Origin: Candidatus Omnitrophota bacterium
Lineage (GTDB): Bacteria > Omnitrophota > Gorgyraeia > Zapsychrales > JANLHA01
NCBI GenBank assembly: GCA_029560465.1
Contig: JAKQKX010000102.1
Span: 4,601 to 68,600 of the forward strand
Direction of reading: 5' to 3'
Length of the DNA stretch: 64,000 bases
Of the stretch, positions 59,073-64,000 are shown piece after piece. Made by a program: the position numbers and the translations under genes. The notes under the pieces are model-generated. The model made no database searches. It was given only the letters and a program-made list of their open reading frames with translations, and was not told where the DNA came from. Each line of letters begins with the position of its first letter. Position 1 is the first letter of the stretch.

Positions 59073-59444
59073 TTAAAATTCTAAGCCGCTTTTTCTTGCC
59101 GCCTCGGCAAAAGCTTTCACGCGTCCATGATAAACATAACCGCCACGGTCAAAACAAACCTCTTTGAGTCCCTTAGCGACCAATTCGCTGGCAAAGACCT
59201 CCCCAAGGGCTGCGGCCGCCTGAATGTTCCCGCCGGATTTGATCTTTTGTTTAATCGTTTGATTTTTTGTGGAAAGGCCGAAAAGGACCTTACCGCTTGA
59301 ATCATCAATAATTTGAGCCGCAAAATTCTTTAAACTTCTGTGAATACAAAGCCTCGGCCGGGCCGATGTGCCGACCACTCTTTTTCTTATCCGAATATGC
59401 CGAGCCAGGCGTTTTGATTCCTTAACGATCTCGTTTCTTCCCAT
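59073..59444 (-). CDS. rplR: 50S ribosomal protein L18
   Basis: RPRL and FDRGGY.YHGRVKA. Confidence 0.97.
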   Translation of the reverse strand: MGRNEIVKESKRLARHIRIRKRVVGTSARPRLCIHRSLKNFAAQIIDDSSGKVLFGLSTKNQTIKQKIKSGGNIQAAAALGEVFASELVAKGLKEVCFDRGGYVYHGRVKAFAEAARKSGLEF

Positions 59445-59451
59445 GGTTCAA

Positions 59452-59991
59452 CTACTTTGTTACAGATTTACCTTGTTTAGTTTTCACAATTTCACCCAGA
59501 TAACGGATCCCTTTCCCTTTATAAGGTTCCGGCCGTTTCAAATCCCTGATCTTTGACGCAACCTGTCCAATCAAAGGTTTATTGATCCCCTCAAGGACGA
59601 TGGACGTCGGCTTTGGAACCGCCACCTTAAGCTCTTTCGGGACCACAAACTCAACCTGATGACTTAACCCAAGGGTGAAAATAATCGTATTGCCCTGCAA
59701 TTGAGCCCGGTAACCGATCCCCTGAATCTCAACCTCTTTCTTATGGCCTGTGGTCACGCCCGTAACCATATTGACCAGCAAAGCCCGGATGGTGCCGTGA
59801 TTCGCCCGACCCTGCTTCGTATCGTTCGCCCGGGTCACCACAAGCTGGTTGTCTTTCTGTTCAACTTTAATCCCGCAAGGCATACTCAAAGACATTTTTC
59901 CTTTAGGGCCTTCCAAATGGACTTGCGAGCCATCCACAGCCACTTTAACTTCTTTAGGAACAACAATTGGAATTTTACCTTTTCTTGACAT
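59452..59991 (-). CDS. rplF: 50S ribosomal protein L6
   Basis: GPKG, GIGYRA and PEPYKGKGIRY. Confidence 0.97.
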   Translation of the reverse strand: MSRKGKIPIVVPKEVKVAVDGSQVHLEGPKGKMSLSMPCGIKVEQKDNQLVVTRANDTKQGRANHGTIRALLVNMVTGVTTGHKKEVEIQGIGYRAQLQGNTIIFTLGLSHQVEFVVPKELKVAVPKPTSIVLEGINKPLIGQVASKIRDLKRPEPYKGKGIRYLGEIVKTKQGKSVTK

Positions 59992-59997
59992 AATTTT

Positions 59998-60393
59998 TTA
60001 CCAGATGTAGCAAAGTACCTCTCCCCCAACGCCTTGTCGTCGGGCCTCATGATCATCCAAAACCCCTTTGGACGTGGAAATAACCGCCGTCCCCAAACCA
60101 TTCAAAACCCGGGGTATTCTATCCCGCGGGGTGTAAACCCGTAATCCGCTTTTAGAAATTCTTTTGATGCCAATGATCGCAGGTTTCTTCCCTTCATATT
60201 TCAAATACACCTTGAAAGCCCCCTGGACATCATTCTTCATCAACCGATAATCTTCGATGTATCCCTGATTCTTAAAAATCTCCAGGATCTTCCCGTTCAG
60301 CTTTGAAGCGGGGATATCCACGGTCAGCTTACTGGCCTGAATGGCATTCCGGATACTCGTCAACATATTGGCAATTGGATCATTCAATGACAT
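59998..60393 (-). CDS. rpsH: 30S ribosomal protein S8
   Basis: DPIANMLT.IRNA, STSKG and GGEVLCYIW. Confidence 0.97.
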   Translation of the reverse strand: MSLNDPIANMLTSIRNAIQASKLTVDIPASKLNGKILEIFKNQGYIEDYRLMKNDVQGAFKVYLKYEGKKPAIIGIKRISKSGLRVYTPRDRIPRVLNGLGTAVISTSKGVLDDHEARRQGVGGEVLCYIW

Positions 60394-60429
60394 AATGGAT
60401 TCCTCACAAATAATTCACTTTTATAACGA

Positions 60430-60615
60430 TTACCAGCTGGCTTTTTTGATCCCGGGGATTTCCCCTCTCCAGGCCAGTTCCCTGAAACAAATACGGCAGG
60501 TACCAAACCGGCGCAGATACCCTTTCGGCCGGCCGCATAATATACAACGATTATGCTGACGGGTCGAAAATTTCGGTTTCTTCTGCGACTTAAGAATTAA
60601 GGCTTTTCTCGCCAT
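60430..60615 (-). CDS. rpsN: 30S ribosomal protein S14, Zn-binding (type Z)
   Basis: RC..CGR, CRICFRE and IPG..KASW. Confidence 0.97.
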   Translation of the reverse strand: MARKALILKSQKKPKFSTRQHNRCILCGRPKGYLRRFGTCRICFRELAWRGEIPGIKKASW

Positions 60616-60646
60616 ATGAAATCATGTCCTCTTGTAAACTCTATGA

Positions 60647-61198
60647 TTAACTCTTACTGAAAGGCATCCCGAACAAACGCAACAGTTCCTTGGTCTGTTC
60701 CTTCGGCCCCCGATTAAAAACAAAACATATATCCATCCCCTGACTCCGCGTGATCCGCCCAACGTCGATTTCCGGGAAAATGGCCTGGTCAGCGATCCCG
60801 ATGGAATAATTCCCGTCCCGATCAAAAGATTTTAAAGGGACACCGTTAAAGTCACGGATTCTCGGCAAACACACATTCACAAACCGGTCAAGGAACTCAT
60901 ACATTTTATGACCCCTTAAGGTCACCTTGCAGCCAACAGGAACCCCTGCCCTTAACTTAAAATTAGAGATGGCCTTCTTGGCACGGCGGATGATCGATTT
61001 CTGGCCGGTGATTTTTTCCATATCCTGCATAGCCGCTTCTAGAATTTTAATATCCTGGATCGCTTCGCCGACGCCCATATTAAGGACAATTTTCTCCAAC
61101 CTCGGGACAGCCAACCTGTTTGAAACCTCAAAGGCTTCCTGCATTTTAGGAACAATTTCTTCTTTGTATTTTACCAACAATCTTGGGACCACGTTCAT
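60647..61198 (-). CDS. rplE: 50S ribosomal protein L5
   Basis: KIVLNMGVG, ITGQ and PRIRDF.G....FD..GNY. Confidence 0.97.
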   Translation of the reverse strand: MNVVPRLLVKYKEEIVPKMQEAFEVSNRLAVPRLEKIVLNMGVGEAIQDIKILEAAMQDMEKITGQKSIIRRAKKAISNFKLRAGVPVGCKVTLRGHKMYEFLDRFVNVCLPRIRDFNGVPLKSFDRDGNYSIGIADQAIFPEIDVGRITRSQGMDICFVFNRGPKEQTKELLRLFGMPFSKS

Positions 61199-61217
61199 AT
61201 CCTCTTGGTATCAAAAA

Positions 61218-61529
61218 TTATATAACTTCTCCACTCACTTTGGCGATTCTAACCTTAGAGCCGTCTTTTAAGATCGACACACCAAAACGCGTTCGTTTAT
61301 TGGTCTTCTTATCAACAAGCATCACGTTGGAAATGTGCAACGGCACCTCCAACTCTATAAAGCCTCCGGTCTGGTCCTGCTGAGTCTTGCGTTTGGCTTT
61401 CTTAACCAGATTAACTTTCTCGACCACAACACGTTCAGTCTCAGTTAAAACCTTTAAAACTTTTCCGGTTTTCCCTTTATCTTTGCCTGCGATAACGACA
61501 ACCTTGTCATTTTTTTTAATGCGCAACAT
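61218..61529 (-). CDS. rplX: 50S ribosomal protein L24
   Basis: [17 protein letters not shown] and PLHISNV. Confidence 0.97.
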   Translation of the reverse strand: MLRIKKNDKVVVIAGKDKGKTGKVLKVLTETERVVVEKVNLVKKAKRKTQQDQTGGFIELEVPLHISNVMLVDKKTNKRTRFGVSILKDGSKVRIAKVSGEVI

Positions 61530-61530
61530 T

Positions 61531-61899
61531 TTATACTACCTCTGGGGCTAAAGAAACAATTTTCATGAATTCCAAATTCCGCAACTCTCTGGCCACCGGC
61601 CCAAAAACACGCGTTCCCTTGGGGTTTCCGGCATCATCAATGATAACCAACGCGTTATTATCGAAGCGCACCGTTGTCCCGTCCGCCCTCTTGATGGGGA
61701 ACTTTGTCCTCACAACGACACCGGTCACAACCGTCCCCTTTTTGATCGCCGCGTCCGGGGCGGCCTCTTTAATATTGACCTTGACAACATCGCCCACCTG
61801 CGCCCATCGTCGCCCTTTACTGTTCAAAACCCCGATCAAGGAAGCCCGGCGGGCCCCGGAGTTATCAGCGACAGTCAATATTGATTTCATGTAAAGCAT
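61531..61899 (-). CDS. rplN: 50S ribosomal protein L14
   Basis: [23 protein letters not shown] and SLAPEV. Start trimmed. Confidence 0.97.
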   Translation of the reverse strand: MLYMKSILTVADNSGARRASLIGVLNSKGRRWAQVGDVVKVNIKEAAPDAAIKKGTVVTGVVVRTKFPIKRADGTTVRFDNNALVIIDDAGNPKGTRVFGPVARELRNLEFMKIVSLAPEVV

Positions 61900-61910
61900 G
61901 TCCGACCTCG

Positions 61911-62168
61911 TTAACTGGTTTTTACAATTTCCATGATGACCCACCGTTTATCTTTGGATAAAGGACGGGTTTCCATAATTTTGACGATATCCCCGAGTTT
62001 ACTCGCATTCTTTTCATCATGGGCCTTATACTTAACGGCCTGACGAACCGTCTTCGTATACTTTGAATGCTTGTTAGACCAACGCACTTGAACAACCCGC
62101 GTTTTATTCATTTTATCGCTGACCACTTCTCCTGAAAGGAATTTCCTCCTATTAGTCCTTGTTTCCAT
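61911..62168 (-). CDS. rpsQ: 30S ribosomal protein S17
   Basis: [15 protein letters not shown] and ETRPLSK.KRW. Confidence 0.97.
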   Translation of the reverse strand: METRTNRRKFLSGEVVSDKMNKTRVVQVRWSNKHSKYTKTVRQAVKYKAHDEKNASKLGDIVKIMETRPLSKDKRWVIMEIVKTS

Positions 62169-62355
62169 CGTTCTTCCTTTCATTCAGGATAGTTTGAATG
62201 CGGGCAATATCTCTTTTGATCAGCTTAAACATGGACGGCCTTTCCACGCGGCCGATCTTGCGCTGATACCTCAGGTCGAAAAGATCTTTCTTTAAAGCCT
62301 TTTCTTTCTGCCCTAAATCTTCCTGGCTTAAATTTCTCAAGTCTTTTGCTTTCAT
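62152..62355 (-). CDS. rpmC: 50S ribosomal protein L29
   Basis: MKAKDLR, LF.LR.Q and RDIARI.T. Confidence 0.95.
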   Translation of the reverse strand: MKAKDLRNLSQEDLGQKEKALKKDLFDLRYQRKIGRVERPSMFKLIKRDIARIQTILNERKNDGNKD

Positions 62356-62401
62356 GCTGTTTCCAAAATTAGGTTTTGAGTTACGTCAAAACGTGTTAAT
62401 A

Positions 62402-62824
62402 TTAATGGCCTTGCGTCGCACGGGTTATAAATTTTGTTCTCACGGGTAATTTAAAAGCAACCAAACGAAGAACAATTTTAGCAAAATCTTCCGGAATCCC
62501 GCCTAATTCAAAAATCACCCGTCCTCTTTGAACCGGACAAACCCAGTGATCCAGATCCCCTTTCCCCTTGCCCATACGCGTTTCGGCGGGCTTCTTCGTC
62601 ACCGGTTTGCAGGGGAACACATTGACCCACATTTTGCCGGCTCCGCGCAATTTCCTAACCATAACGAGACGGCAAGCTTCCAGATGCTGCGCCCGCACAA
62701 TCCCGTTTTCAATCGCTTTTATCCCGTATTCTCCAAACCGCAAATTACTGCCCCGGCAAACAATACCCCGGTTCTTCCTTTTTTGTGATTTACGGTACTT
62801 TACTTTTCTAGGCATTAACAACAT
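62402..62824 (-). CDS. rplP: 50S ribosomal protein L16
   Basis: P..VKYRK and KPAETRMGKGKG. Confidence 0.97.
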   Translation of the reverse strand: MLLMPRKVKYRKSQKRKNRGIVCRGSNLRFGEYGIKAIENGIVRAQHLEACRLVMVRKLRGAGKMWVNVFPCKPVTKKPAETRMGKGKGDLDHWVCPVQRGRVIFELGGIPEDFAKIVLRLVAFKLPVRTKFITRATQGH

Positions 62825-62838
62825 AATATCAAACTCCT

Positions 62839-63510
62839 TTAAGCGCCCTTCGGCTCCGAAGCCTTAACCCGCCTCTTCTCCCGGATAATTTCCCCTTTAT
62901 AAATCCAGACCTTCACGCCGATCACTCCATAAGTGGTATGGGCTTCTGCAAAACCGTAATCAACATCCGCGCGAAGAGTCTGCAAAGGAATGGACCCCTC
63001 GTGGTATTTTTCCGTTCGCGCCATTTCCGCCCCCCCCAAACGGCCTGACACCTTCGCTTTAATCCCCAAAGCGCCTGCCTGGCGGGATTGATCAATCGCT
63101 CTTTTAATCGCCCGGCGGAACGCCACGCGTTTCTCCAGCTGAAACGCGATATTCTGCGCGACAAGCCGGGATTCGAGGAACGGATTCTTGATTTCGATAA
63201 TATCAATGGCCACCTCACTGGTCGTGATCCGGGCTAAGTCCTCTTTCAACTTATCAATATCCGCTCCGCGGCGGCCGATAATAATTCCAGGCCGGGCCGA
63301 GGCAATCTTAATTTTCACTTGGTCCGCGGCCAAACGCTCTATCACAATATAAGAAACCGCAGCGTGGACAAATTTATTCTGGATGTACTTTCGGATTTTA
63401 AAGTCCTCCACCACGTTCTGAGCGTATTGTTTGCGGTCAGCATACCAAAGGCTGCGCCAATTTCTAGTGACCCCGATGCGTTGAATATATGGATGTACCT
63501 TTTGTCCCAC
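62839..63510 (-). CDS. rpsC: 30S ribosomal protein S3
   Basis: MGQKVHP, RPGIIIGR.G, GRLGGAEMAR and PLQTLRA. Confidence 0.98.
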   Translation of the reverse strand: MGQKVHPYIQRIGVTRNWRSLWYADRKQYAQNVVEDFKIRKYIQNKFVHAAVSYIVIERLAADQVKIKIASARPGIIIGRRGADIDKLKEDLARITTSEVAIDIIEIKNPFLESRLVAQNIAFQLEKRVAFRRAIKRAIDQSRQAGALGIKAKVSGRLGGAEMARTEKYHEGSIPLQTLRADVDYGFAEAHTTYGVIGVKVWIYKGEIIREKRRVKASEPKGA

Positions 63511-63523
63511 TCTACGATATCTC

Positions 63524-63859
63524 CTATTTAGTGATAAGATCCAGTTCTATGGTTAAATGTGACGTCCTTTTCAAAATCGGAGTCGCCCGGCCAAACGTGG
63601 CCGCCCGGTAACGTTTCCACATCGGCCCCTGATCAGCCGTAATTTTGGAAATATACAATTGGCTCTCCGTCAAACCTTTTTGCTTGGCGTTGCTCACCGC
63701 TGAATTCAAAATCTTCGCGATCGCCTCCGTGACTCTCTTATTCGTCTGCTTCAGCAGGGCTTGGGACGTCAAGACATCCTTCCCCCGAATCATAGCCATC
63801 ACCTGATTGGCCTTGCTGGATGAAACTCTAACATATCGACATCGTGCTTTTGCAATCAT
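63524..63859 (-). CDS. rplV: 50S ribosomal protein L22
   Basis: R.S..K, SAVSNA, GP..KR and KRTSH. Confidence 0.96.
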   Translation of the reverse strand: MIAKARCRYVRVSSSKANQVMAMIRGKDVLTSQALLKQTNKRVTEAIAKILNSAVSNAKQKGLTESQLYISKITADQGPMWKRYRAATFGRATPILKRTSHLTIELDLITK

Positions 63860-63884
63860 TTCTCGTTCTTTTTTATATCAAGGT

Positions 63885-64000
63885 TTACGTTTTATCGGGA
63901 GCTTTCTTAGCTTTAACCCCACCATGTTTACGGAAAGTCCGGGTTGGGACAAAATCCCCAAATTTATACCCCACCATGTTTTCTGTAATAAAAATCGGCT
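63885..64000 (-). CDS. rpsS: 30S ribosomal protein S19 (3' part; truncated by the window edge)
   Basis: Translated by hand as ...[37 protein letters not shown]. Confidence 0.93.
   Translation of the reverse strand, partial: PIFITENMVGYKFGDFVPTRTFRKHGGVKAKKAPDKT

Overview
This 64-kb window is a gene-dense, mostly housekeeping segment of a bacterial chromosome. Almost every gene is on the minus strand; the exception is a two-gene ExeA/GspB-like pair. The PVC-type small basic protein (TIGR04137-like), a Planctomycete-like HU/IHF, heptose and acyltransferase genes and the absence of rpmD (uL30) from the spc operon point to the PVC superphylum, most plausibly Ca. Omnitrophota (inference). In coordinate order the window holds: recO-ybeY-7TM/HD-phoH-LysM-aspS-hisS, HU/IHF, dnaE, guaA-guaB3, groEL/ES with a CIRCE operator, coaX and uvrB. 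Next come a PilZ/zinc-finger/PilZ/micro-protein cluster divergent from exeA-gspB, aroB, and a nucleotide-hydrolase run (archaeal-type ATPase, metallophosphoesterase, HIT, dGTPase, GAF/HD-GYP). These are followed by tRNA-Gly(CCC), a split thiE, hldE-AT/gmhA, an atypical phosphofructokinase, amaP-asp23-accC-accB-efp-pepP-aroQ, and a glycolipid cluster linked to lipB and a stand-alone lipoyl domain. The window ends with an 81-bp hairpin-forming tandem repeat, icd, pilT, an aminotransferase and the S10(part)/spc/alpha ribosomal operons. No CRISPR array, transposase, integrase or prophage is visible. The best candidates for novelty are the PilZ/ExeA-GspB module with two unannotated micro-proteins, the LipB-lipoyl-glycolipid operon, the ATPase plus nucleotide-hydrolase cassette, the active-site-substituted PFK, the GAD-less AspRS and the 81-bp repeat array. 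All assignments come from reading motifs by eye; no database searches were run.
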